Shown piece by piece: positions 31,579 through 41,757 of a stretch of DNA of 64,000 bases (positions within the stretch are counted from its first letter, which is position 1; each line of letters starts with the position of its first letter). Source of the DNA: Epithemia pelagica (taxonomy: Eukaryota > Protista > Bacillariophyta); contig OX337241.1 of NCBI GenBank assembly GCA_946965045.2, positions 1,054,001 through 1,118,000 on the forward strand, written 5' to 3'. The position numbers and the translations under genes were made by a program. The notes below the pieces were generated by a model, which was not told the DNA's origin, searched no databases, and was given only the letters and a program-made list of their open reading frames with translations.

Positions 31579-34500
31579 TTAGTGCGAACCTAAATCTGAC
31601 TTGACTGTTTTCAAAATACTGTCATCTTGTGATAGCCACTCCATCCAGAGCGAATCTCTCTGTAGCGTATCCTTGCGTCCTATGACAACTAGACCACGCT
31701 TTGCCCGTGTCCACATAACGTTCAATCGTCGGTGGTCTTTGAGGAAACCCAAGTTACTGCGGCAACGAACGGCCGAAAACAGAATGATCGTACGTTCTTG
31801 GCCTTGAAAGCCATCAACAGATCGGACATCAATCTGTGTATTCTTCAAACGATTTTGAATACATTGTACTTGACCAGAATACCCAGTGATGACTCCAATA
31901 TCTTTCGGTTCGAGGTTCTTAGAATCGAGAAGACGTGATACAATATTGACCACTTCCTCCGCTTCTACATGATTGCTCCATGTTGTTCCTATACGCTTTT
32001 CTTCTCCGTCCACGTCAACAAACGCAAGGTAATGAGTTCCGCACCATGGAGCCTCTTTGATTAGAGCAACACTCTCTAGGCTGTGGTCAGTTCGAACCTT
32101 GTCATCGTAGAACTTCAAGAAGGAGAACTTCATCAAAGAAGGATGCATACGATATTGAGTATTAAGCATCACGCAAGGAATGTTGCTGTCGTTTTTAAGA
32201 CGTTCGAACAAACTTTCTTGAAACCCAAACTCTTTGGAAGATTCATGCACTGTTGCCTGTAGCTGTTTGTCATCACCGATCAAGACAAAACGTGTCCTTG
32301 CCTTACATGTAGCAACTCGGGTATTGCAGCTCGTCAGCTGGCCTGCTTCATCGACTATCACAGTATTGAATTCGTTATCCTGGCGTAGCAAACCAACTCC
32401 CGACCCAGTCGCAGTTGAAAATACAACCCGAGCAGTGGTAATAATCTTCTTCATTTCTTTCTGCTTGCATTTTTCGTCATTTTCTTTCAGCGATTCGTGG
32501 TACTCAGGAAGAAAGCGTTGCAAAGATGGCTCCACTTGGCCCGATTCCCCGACACGCACGATCAATGACTCGACGTCCTCGCGATTCAATTTGTGCAATT
32601 CGGAAATGAGCTTAGACAGAATATTGTCCACAGCCTGGTGAGTCGTTGCTGACACAAGAATTCTTTCTTCTCTCGCAAGCAACGCAAGTATGAGACCAAC
32701 CACCGTAGAACTTTTTCCGACAGCAGGCGGTCCCCAAATGAGGCTTACTCGATGTTCGATCGCAGATTTGATAGCTTTCGTTTGGGACCCATTCAACTGG
32801 GTCCATTTCATTCCACTCCGTGTCTCATCATCATCATCAATGTCTTCTAGTGTTCCTGGTTCGACCTGCGGACGACTTGATGCTTCGAACATGACTCGGT
32901 GAGTCGTGGCGTTTCCCACCCTCCATACTTTCCAGTCCACACACTCAACCTCAAAAGGCATCAGACTCAACACCTCAATCTCTAGATGTCCTGCATCGGA
33001 AAATTGCTTGACAACGGCATGGAACGATTGGGAAGTGTAGTCTTTGTGGTTGTTCGCGGGACACATTGCACGAAAAACAAAAACATCTCCGGCACGGATT
33101 TTCTTCCAGACGACACTGTGGGAAACGTTGGGGTCAAGTGTGAGGCCAAAATTCTGTCCTTTGCGTCTCTTGACACTTGCGTAAATCATTATAGGATCTA
33201 CAGATCTCTTGCCATCCAGATCTAGGCTCTTGTAGTTCTCTTCCAGCGTACATTGCAAGTCAACATAAAGTCCCAACACCGATTTGTGTTCATCTTTGTC
33301 GAAGGAAGCAAGAACAACCTCACGAATTTCATGCACCCATTGCGAAACACATGAGGTTAGAGCTAGAAATTCAAGTGTCTCAACCCATTCGTCCGCAGAT
33401 GCTTCGATGCATTTCTTTACCAATTGAATGGGAAGTTTGGATAAGTCGGTATGGTTGTGAATAGATCTCAACAAGCATTTCTTGGATTCGGGAGTATTGG
33501 GTAAGCATTCACTTATTTGGAGTGCAGATGATAACTCGGGTAGTGCATCAATGTCGATGACAAGTCCTTGCATCTCGAGGAGCAATATCAACGAAACATC
33601 GACAGCTACACTGTGCATATGAAACTCTCTGCAGACTTGAATGAACTTGTGAAGTTGTCCGTGCTCAAGATGTGGCAATTCAGTTTCCTCGTGGGCCGTT
33701 GCAAGCCTATAGAGACAAAGCACATCTTCATATTCATCAGTTTGGAGAAAATCAGCTTCCAGTTTTACATCGTAAGACCTTGGTGACCCTCCAGCTTCCT
33801 CCACTTCCGTTGTGACCACATCTTTGGTTCCAACATTGTAGTGCCTCACTTCGGGATCCTTGTCGCAGACGACATACATCTCAACACGCTGAAGTCTCCT
33901 TTTCGTGACTAGATCAAATTGTGCCTTTGCATTGTTTCCAAGTCGGCCCAAGTCAATACTAATTCTACCAAACACTTTAGCGTTGACATCGTCCATCTCA
34001 TAGGGGCATGTCGACATCCAAACAAAAGTATTTCGTGGGTCTCCTGGACCTTTCATGGAGATCTGGAAAAGTTGGCCAGTTAATGCCAATTGATACTGTC
34101 CACCATGAAGACGACTAATGCTCCTGAACGAACCATAAGGATTCGTGGAGAACACGTGGACGTCTTTATGCAGTATGTTTCTCCCCTCATTGAACTGTTG
34201 CTCCAATTGTAGGCAGAGTGTCAGACGGTCGTCGACTTCGATAACGAGTAGTTTCCTTGTAAACTGAACCAATGATGAGATAACTGAATTACCAAATGGA
34301 GCTCGATAGTCACTCTCCGAACTGTAAACGCGCTTCCAGTTGAAGGTCTCAGCAAAACGGAAAGCATCGATGTCGTGTTTCTTGAGAATATTCGACTGTA
34401 AGATCTCATTTTTAAGCAGACAGTTCAGTTGGGGACACTCTTTCAGAGCCCACACTCTTTGTGCCTCTGTAAATCCGTGTAGATCAATATGGGCCAGCAA

Positions 34501-34641
34501 TACGCGGTCAATTTCTTCCAAGTTGTCTGAACGAGCTGTTCTCTGAATCAAACGCAGCATTTCGAATTGTGATATATTCTGGAAGCGGCTACTCGACGAC
34601 AGAAGCCAATGCAGAAGCTGTTGAAAATCGGCCTGGTCCCC
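31579..34641 (-). CDS. UPF1/DNA2/NAM7-like superfamily 1 helicase; in-frame continuation of the RdRP after one TAG
   Basis: GPPAVGKS, VIVDEAGQ, LIGDDKQL, SLFERL, LNTQYRMHP, SVDGFQGQE and RRLNVMWTRAK. The frame is open from 34641, 27 codons before the ATG at 34560. Confidence 0.9.
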   Translation of the reverse strand, partial: GDQADFQQLLHWLLSSSSRFQNISQFEMLRLIQRTARSDNLEEIDRVLLAHIDLHGFTEAQRVWALKECPQLNCLLKNEILQSNILKKHDIDAFRFAETFNWKRVYSSESDYRAPFGNSVISSLVQFTRKLLVIEVDDRLTLCLQLEQQFNEGRNILHKDVHVFSTNPYGSFRSISRLHGGQYQLALTGQLFQISMKGPGDPRNTFVWMSTCPYEMDDVNAKVFGRISIDLGRLGNNAKAQFDLVTKRRLQRVEMYVVCDKDPEVRHYNVGTKDVVTTEVEEAGGSPRSYDVKLEADFLQTDEYEDVLCLYRLATAHEETELPHLEHGQLHKFIQVCREFHMHSVAVDVSLILLLEMQGLVIDIDALPELSSALQISECLPNTPESKKCLLRSIHNHTDLSKLPIQLVKKCIEASADEWVETLEFLALTSCVSQWVHEIREVVLASFDKDEHKSVLGLYVDLQCTLEENYKSLDLDGKRSVDPIMIYASVKRRKGQNFGLTLDPNVSHSVVWKKIRAGDVFVFRAMCPANNHKDYTSQSFHAVVKQFSDAGHLEIEVLSLMPFEVECVDWKVWRVGNATTHRVMFEASSRPQVEPGTLEDIDDDDETRSGMKWTQLNGSQTKAIKSAIEHRVSLIWGPPAVGKSSTVVGLILALLAREERILVSATTHQAVDNILSKLISELHKLNREDVESLIVRVGESGQVEPSLQRFLPEYHESLKENDEKCKQKEMKKIITTARVVFSTATGSGVGLLRQDNEFNTVIVDEAGQLTSCNTRVATCKARTRFVLIGDDKQLQATVHESSKEFGFQESLFERLKNDSNIPCVMLNTQYRMHPSLMKFSFLKFYDDKVRTDHSLESVALIKEAPWCGTHYLAFVDVDGEEKRIGTTWSNHVEAEEVVNIVSRLLDSKNLEPKDIGVITGYSGQVQCIQNRLKNTQIDVRSVDGFQGQERTIILFSAVRCRSNLGFLKDHRRLNVMWTRAKRGLVVIGRKDTLQRDSLWMEWLSQDDSILKTVKSDLGSH

Positions 34642-36513
34642 CTAACGCTCAGAGTCCACACAATCATTTTCTGCTCGGAGAAAATCAGTTATCAGGTCGT
34701 TTGCAAGATTATCCGCATGACTGATAAGAACTTCAATGATTGATGGCTTGCTATCATGAGTTTCCTCTGGAAGTTTTTTAAGATCTGAATCAATCTCAAT
34801 CGGCTGTCCGTCCACACAGCGACTGAAAAGCGCATTAAGTTTGAGTGCTTCACGACAAGTCGCACCTTTTGCTTTTACCCAATCCAGGTACAAGTTCTTG
34901 ACTTGGCCAAGGGAAGCATTGTTGAACTTAGCAAAGTAGCGCACCATATCAGAACGTTCAATCGTGTGCTCGTTTTGGGGGATTTTAGCCGGTGGATATT
35001 TGCATGGCTTGAACTCCGTTGTAGGAATAAGATCGCGATCGAAGATGACCATAAATTCATCACCGTCTAGATCTCCACCTGACATCTCGTCAGCATGAGA
35101 CCGTTGCAGACCATCATTCGTCGAGAACACAACACAGTCTACTAGATGATGGAAATCTGGAACATCGACCAGTTTCAGCTTGCGCATATCCCCCGGATGT
35201 AGACAGGGGTTACGAGAAACTAGCACATACCCCTCGGTGAGAGTTAGTGGTAACCCTTCAACAGTGACACGGACGAAGATTTCATCGGTCCCAAGCTTTC
35301 TTTCAGGTTCTGCCACCCCCAAAAGGAGGCGTGATTCCGGAAGAAGAATTCGGACCTTCCGGTTATTTCTCTTGTCAAACGTTTTCTTCAGCTCTCTTTT
35401 GACGGCTCCTCGTACCTCGCATCGGGTTGCCCGGAGTCCTTTGTCCACAAGTTTATGCATAGCTGGAAACGCTTCTTGGTACGCAAGTAACTGAAACGCA
35501 GCTTCAGGGTCCGTAAAGGCCGAGCGAAGAAACTCAAAATGGTTCTCCTGTTTGGTCAAGAGCGTTTCCTGAGATATTCCCATCTCGGAAAGAAGATTGA
35601 CATACTCAGCATTCAGTGCACCAAACGAGTACGGCCTCGAAGCTTTGATAACGCCAAAAGATGTACTTGAGGATCCTTTGAATTTGCGCATGGAGGGGCG
35701 ACATTGGACCAAAACGCCTTGTGGTATGTCCTTGTGAAGTGCCAACACACCTTTGTAGCCTTGGTACCGAAATTGAATCACACTTGGGTGGTATCTTTCG
35801 CCTCGAAACACCACAGGGCTCCAAGACTCATTTTTCGGAATACGCTTCACAAGCTCTTTGGACATGAGACCACAGCCATCCGTCAGTAACTCTCCCGAGG
35901 ACGTTAGAATATCATCGATTTCTTGAACTCGATCAGCATTGACAGTGATATTGGTCTTTGTTTCAGAAAACAGGAGGGCAATCCGCTTTGTCATTTTCGC
36001 GCATGTTTTCATATCGAAATCGCCCATCGCATTGATCAAGGACGTGATCTCATCGGGGGATCGATTGAGGAGGTAAGCTTTGCCATCCTTTAAACCCGAA
36101 TTACTGCATCCATAAAAGTGGAAGTGATCAGACCCTGAGAAAAGCTGTACACCCCACTTCAGCACCCTTTCCTTGAACTGGGATTTTGCTTTGGGTCCCA
36201 TGTTCTCTCCGTCCCCAAAGCTAAGTTTGATAACTTCATGTGGTTTCAAGCCTTGAAAAGCACGGCATGAGGGCAATTCGTCGAAAAACTCAACTTTGGG
36301 AGGATCATTTGGCGCCGTTAAACTGAACGTCACGAAACGATTCTTTTGCCGTATGATGCTCAAGTCTTGTCGGCTCAACCCCTCAATCATGAATGGTGGT
36401 GGTGGTGGCTTGCGCTTTCCTTGTTTTGGGCGCCAGGAGTTGTTTCTATGAGACGATTGGTCTCTTGGATTTCGTGCCCGTGGCTTTGCGGATCGAGAGG
36501 TTGTTCGTACCAT
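34642..36513 (-). CDS. Eukaryotic cellular RNA-dependent RNA polymerase (RDR type)
   Basis: Catalytic SGGDLDGDEF; also TDGCGLMS, QFRYQGYKG, RPSMRKF, SRNPCLHPGD and DCVVFS. The N-terminus is short and there are no introns. Confidence 0.93.
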   Translation of the reverse strand: MVRTTSRSAKPRARNPRDQSSHRNNSWRPKQGKRKPPPPPFMIEGLSRQDLSIIRQKNRFVTFSLTAPNDPPKVEFFDELPSCRAFQGLKPHEVIKLSFGDGENMGPKAKSQFKERVLKWGVQLFSGSDHFHFYGCSNSGLKDGKAYLLNRSPDEITSLINAMGDFDMKTCAKMTKRIALLFSETKTNITVNADRVQEIDDILTSSGELLTDGCGLMSKELVKRIPKNESWSPVVFRGERYHPSVIQFRYQGYKGVLALHKDIPQGVLVQCRPSMRKFKGSSSTSFGVIKASRPYSFGALNAEYVNLLSEMGISQETLLTKQENHFEFLRSAFTDPEAAFQLLAYQEAFPAMHKLVDKGLRATRCEVRGAVKRELKKTFDKRNNRKVRILLPESRLLLGVAEPERKLGTDEIFVRVTVEGLPLTLTEGYVLVSRNPCLHPGDMRKLKLVDVPDFHHLVDCVVFSTNDGLQRSHADEMSGGDLDGDEFMVIFDRDLIPTTEFKPCKYPPAKIPQNEHTIERSDMVRYFAKFNNASLGQVKNLYLDWVKAKGATCREALKLNALFSRCVDGQPIEIDSDLKKLPEETHDSKPSIIEVLISHADNLANDLITDFLRAENDCVDSER

Positions 36514-36841
36514 GCTAGCAAGGGTTAATCGAGATGTTTCGTCAATGATGGTCTTGATATGGTTTGAGAAAACTGTGCCGTTGTTGGATCACCCGTCTCA
36601 TAGAAGGGAGCCCGGTTTACGTACTTGAGTTTGTGTCCAACCAAAGAACGGCATAAAATGTGGCGGATGTGTAGCGTGTCAAGATTGAAAGTTCACCGAA
36701 AAACGCGAAAAATACCACCAACCAGATGGCGAATTAAAATCATATTGAATCGATCTGCGCTCGTAGAGCTGTCACGGTTTCGATTGGATGTGACAGGAAA
36801 GATTTTTCATCCATAAGGATGAAAAGTAGAAAGCCAATACC

Positions 36842-38265
36842 ATGGTCCTGACAATCCTTTCGGCGACATGGACCAGCGCTCGAAGTGCTGTGGCATTGTC
36901 ACACGTTACAACAATCTTGGAATCTGGAATGTGCGTGTCGTTGTTCCTGCTGTGGCTGCCCTGGGCGCACCAGATCGCCTGGTTCTACTACCGCATGGTA
37001 GTGGATTCCTATCTCTTTTCCTTTCGAACCGTGTCCGAGGTTGCGGATCGAGCCTGTCAGGAAGAAACAAGCAATCAGCCCGTCATTCGATTCCCCTATG
37101 GACAACGAACCATTGTGTTTTCAAACAAGGACGACGTCGCCTACATTCTTTCCAATCCCAAGGTGAACAAAAACTACCGAACCCGATTTGCCACAAACTT
37201 TGGACTCAACATGTTGGGAATGTACAAATCTGGCTTGATCTGGAACAATGATTTGGGATCATGGCAAAGCGTCCGCCGGTGCTTTGATCATACCTTGAGT
37301 ACCAGCACTCTCAACAGGCTCCAGAGCTTTGTCCAAGATCAATTTCCAAAGATACTCGAGAAAATGCCTCGCGACGAGAATGGAGGGACCATTGACATGT
37401 TGGATGCGCTTCGATGGATGACCCTCAACATCACTCTCGATATGATGCTCGGCTTGCCTGTTGTGGATGAGTGGAACAAGGCTCAAGGAATTCTTGAAGC
37501 TATCGTTGCCTTTTTCAAAGCCTGGGAGTTCTTTTTGGTTCGTCCATATATTGTGTCCGTGCTCCGACCCGGCTACCAAAAGCATGCCATGGCAAGGTAG
37601 GTTCCTTATAGACCACGATCATGAGGTCAGCAGACAAACTGACTCACAACTATTTGTTGATTGACCTGTCGTCGGGTTTTCATTCTTGTACAGTCGCCGA
37701 TTGCATGAGATTAGTGAAGGCTTGTTGTCGGATTACGATAGACAACGCGAGCAACATCCCGAGAAAAAGTCGCCCTTGTTGGACAAGGCCATGGAAAATA
37801 CAGAACTTGCTCGAAGCGATCTCGTGCAATTGGTACTGGAATCCTTGTTGGCTGGAGTGGACACTTCCTCGGTATCGCTGTTTTACACGTTGAGTTTTTT
37901 GTCGCAAACCGAGAATCGAGATATGCTTCGACAGGCGGTGGAGGAGGTTGACACCTTTGTACACCATGGCGACAAGATTAAAGCCATGTCCTTGCCGTTC
38001 ATCCGAGCATGTATCAAGGAAGCCATGAGACTCAAACCTGTCGGACCCATTATAATGCGCAAGGCAGCCCAACAGGACAACGTAGGCACCACTATCATCC
38101 AGCCCGGCGATTCGATTATTCTGAACCTGGCCCAAATGAATCTCAAGGGTGTGGAAACCTCCTACTCGCCAAGTCGGTTCTTGAATGAGGAGGGCCAGCA
38201 TACACCCGACGCCCAGTTACCCTTTGGATACTTTCCATTTGGCGATGGTCCCAAAGGATGTGTCG
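36842..38265 (+). pseudogene. Cytochrome P450 resembling the CYP19 (aromatase) clan, truncated just after the heme Cys; intron 37597-37693
   Basis: I-helix LESLLAGVDTSSVSLF, ExxR (EAMR), and heme motif FGDGPKGC (Cys codon 38259-38261) followed by unrelated sequence. The GT..AG intron restores the frame. Confidence 0.85.
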
Positions 38266-38272
38266 TAGTTCT

Positions 38273-38477
38273 ACATCTGCTCCGCGGAGTGATCCGAGGA
38301 GTGGGGCACGACGAGGGGCGCCTAACTCCGAGAAGGGCAATAGGTCCGAGGAGTGTACTGCCCAACAAATCCGCTGTAAGCGGATTTGGGGCAGTACACG
38401 ACGAGGACCTATTGCCCGCCGAGGAGTTAGGCCCCCGAGAAGTGCCCCCGACGAGAATCACGACAAGGAGCAGATGT
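38273..38477 (+). other. ~205-nt hairpin with periodic tandem G.A mismatches
   Basis: Nested arms CATCTGCTCC/GGAGCAGATG, GTGAT/ATCAC, GGGGCAC/GTGCCCC, CCTAACTC/GAGTTAGG, GGGCAATAGGTC/GACCTATTGCCC, GTGTACTGCCC/GGGCAGTACAC and CAAATCCGCT/AGCGGATTTG around a GTA loop. Confidence 0.95.
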
Positions 38478-38551
38478 CGTGCGCTTCCGTTGCGTCCGAG
38501 GGGGGATGTATGTGTCACACAGAATTAAAATTTGTTAGGCTTTTCCTCCGT

Positions 38552-38681
38552 TGATTTTTCAAAGTCGTTGCTCTACTTAGTCTATGTAGTCACTTATTGG
38601 GGGAAATTACTTACAATGATTTTTCAAAGTCGTTGCTCTACTTAGTCTATGTAGTCACTTATTGGGGGAAATTACTTACAA
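38552..38681. repeat. Two perfect tandem copies of a 65-bp unit
   Basis: TGATTTTTCAAAGTC...ATTACTTACAA at 38552-38616 and 38617-38681. Confidence 0.95.
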
Positions 38682-38864
38682 CACTTAGGATCTCACTATT
38701 TAGGAACAGAAGATCACATAGCGTCTCACTATTTAGGGGCAAACGAAATACTTAGGTGCTACATAGGGCTGTCTTTGAAAATGTGAGAGGCATCGTTGTA
38801 GGCGTTGTTGTTGTCGTTGTCGTCGTCGTCATTTCCTCATCCATTTGATTCTTGAGTTGCCACC

Positions 38865-41719
38865 ATGACGAATCGTCCCGTGGTCAGCCCCATGCCCCGC
38901 TCCGCATCCCATCGCGGCACTGCCGCTTCTCCGATCTCGCTTGCGTCGTCCTCGTCCTCGTTGTCGTTGTCGTTGCCTTCCGATTCGTCGTCGGATGGCA
39001 TCTCCTTGATCTTCGAAGCGTATGACCCAACGGTCGACGAATGGGATGGCACCTTCGTACCAAGGATCGACGAATGCACAGGAGAGACCGATCTCCATAG
39101 CCTGCATTCCGATCCTTGGTACCTTGAGCGGCGCGACAGAATGTAAGTTGATTGTTGTTTCGTCCTTTTCGTCGTCGCCATGGTCAAAAGTCTTCCTTTC
39201 TTCCTTTTCTTCCTTTTTCTTCCTGCGCGCCTGCCCTTCCAATGCTCATTCAAATCGTCCTCGCCCTCTCTCTCTCCTCTCACTTTTCTTCCCTTTGCCA
39301 TTTCGACGACAGGAAGTTCTTGACCATGGCGACGACTCCTCCCGCCACCCGCCGCTCGAAGCGGCAAGCTGCAGCCGCAAGCAAACCGCCGAATGAAACT
39401 TCATCCTCCCCCGCCCGCAAAGTAGCCCGCCGAACAACCACCAACAAGAAGAAACAGAACCAGAACAGGAAGAAGGCTCCTCCTTGTCCTCCTCCTTCGC
39501 AATTGAACAAGGAGAACGATCCTCCTCGTTCTCTTCGCTCCTCTGCACGACAAGAAAGGTACGTTTGTTGCATTCGCTGCTACCTGTTGATTGTTGTTTC
39601 CACTCTCACTGTCTCTTCTCTCGACAGTACCAACCCTCCAAACGACGACGACGACGACGACGATCTTCCTCCCCGCCTTATTCAACCACGACGACAACCC
39701 AACAGGCAAGTGTTTGTTTCTTCCTTCTTGTTGATTGTTGACTCTTCCTTCTCTCACACCCCGCCTCTCTACAGAAACAATCAAACGAATCCGTTCGACG
39801 ATGATTCGGATGACGAAGATACGGTGTTTGATGAAATGGTGGAAGATCTCGACGCGGACGAAGATTTTGTCCCTTCCGTTTCTGTTCGAAGCCGCCGAAA
39901 TGCCCGTGCACGTGGTGTTCTTGCTCGGCGTGCCCCTCCTCCTCCTCCGTCTCCACTAGATACGAAGACGGTTGCTCGCGCAATGGTGGAACGACGACAC
40001 CTCGAAGAAAACGAGCAAGGCGAGATCGCGATTGCGGAGTATCGAACACTCCCTCTCGACGAAGCTCACGATGAGAACTGGCTCGAGTGGTACGGCGCGT
40101 TCGCAGAAGTGAGTGACGAGGTGTTTGCAGACGAGGTGGGTGATTTCGACGTTCGACTGCTTGCCGGCGTTTCGGAGTCCTACAACAAGGCAAAACAAGA
40201 CTCCGTTCAACGATTCCTAGATATCATTCGCCGCCATCGGCATTACCGCGGACTCGCGAAGCCGATTGTTGACCCCGAGCGTGATGACGGACTGAAAGTC
40301 CCCAAGTTGTTTGTCGCTTTACGCGGGGCCAAGACGGACAGAAAGTTGGGGCTACTCAACTCGTTGCTAGCCATCTTCTGTATGAACCTACGAATGGAAG
40401 GGTATGTGAAGGGGCGTGATCATCCACACGACCCCAAATTTCACTACCAGCCCAACACGACGGCGAAGATCTTGAACCACCTGTTCTCGACCTTCCACGC
40501 GAACGGCATTTGCATCGGACAAACGGACCTCAAGGGCAGAGGTTCGTACCATGCCTACTTAGAAAAGATATGGTCGAAGACGGCGAAAACACGCCCCGAA
40601 TTTGGACGGCTGCCAAAACGTGCAACTGCGATTATGGACGACGAGTACCATATTCGCAAGCTTGCTGATCCTGCTCTTATACCATTCGAGATCTTTCGCG
40701 ATTTGCTCATACTACTCTTTTACTACCTGAGCCGCGATATTAGCTTTCGATGTTTAGAGGTACGTACCGAAACGGTTGATTGTTGGGTTTTCAGACTTGT
40801 TTTCTCACCTCTGCTGATGTTTTTTCTACTTCTATTCAGATACATTTAGCAAAGATGACCGACTTTCGTTTCGTAGCTAGACTAGACAAGTCGTATGGAG
40901 AACACGCGGGAAAGCCAGCGATCATTCCTCTTGATTCTGGTCACCACAAGAACGTCAAGTTGACGTTGGCGAAGCCGACATTTCACCGAACCCACGATTA
41001 TCGTTGCAACATGATTATAGAGAACGAAAAAGACCCATGGAGTACCTACAAGTTGTTTATGCACTACATTAAAGTAGCGCACCCGCCGGGTTGGAAAGGA
41101 TTGGTTTTCTTGTACCAGGCGCCGAAGAAAGTGATCGCGGCCCGAAAATCTGGATCGAAACATCTCGGCTGGACGGATTTGGTGAAGGACCGTGCCCAAG
41201 AGAAGTTTGACCCGGTCACGGGCATGCGTCCTGGCGGCAAACTCGGATCCAACTTTGCCAATTCAAACACAAAAGAATTGGCCGCTCGTTGTAAGTTCCC
41301 CGAGGATGGAAACTTTGCGGGCCGAACGGCCCGTCGAACTGGTATCTCGAAAGTTGCGAATAGCGGCGTGCCACAAGCTTTGGCAGACAATTTTGGCCGC
41401 CACAAAAATTCAATCACCAACTACAAGTACCAAGAAATGTCGAACAAGTCAAATCTGACTGCGTCGACTGCGTGCTGGTACATTCCGTCGGACGACAAAG
41501 ACGAGCAGCCGAAGGAGAAATCACGTAAGTTTGTTGTTTGATTGTTGTTTTGTTGGTAACCAGTCTCTCACTCTTCTTCTCTTTTTTTTAGCTCCAAATC
41601 AATCGTCTGACGCTGCTGGTGCTGGTACCAAGACAACTGGATTGAGTGGTGGCGACAGCTCTCCGTCGTTTTCTCCGTTGGGATTTGATTGGGGCGACGG
41701 TGGCGGTCCTGTGGAGAAT

Positions 41720-41757
<38 letters not shown>

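Noticed and set aside
38273-38477. SECIS element, K-turn array or tRNA cluster
   Set aside because: The GA tandems lack the 3-nt K-turn bulge and SECIS apical loop geometry, there are no tRNA boxes, and it is not in the 3' UTR of a UGA-containing gene.
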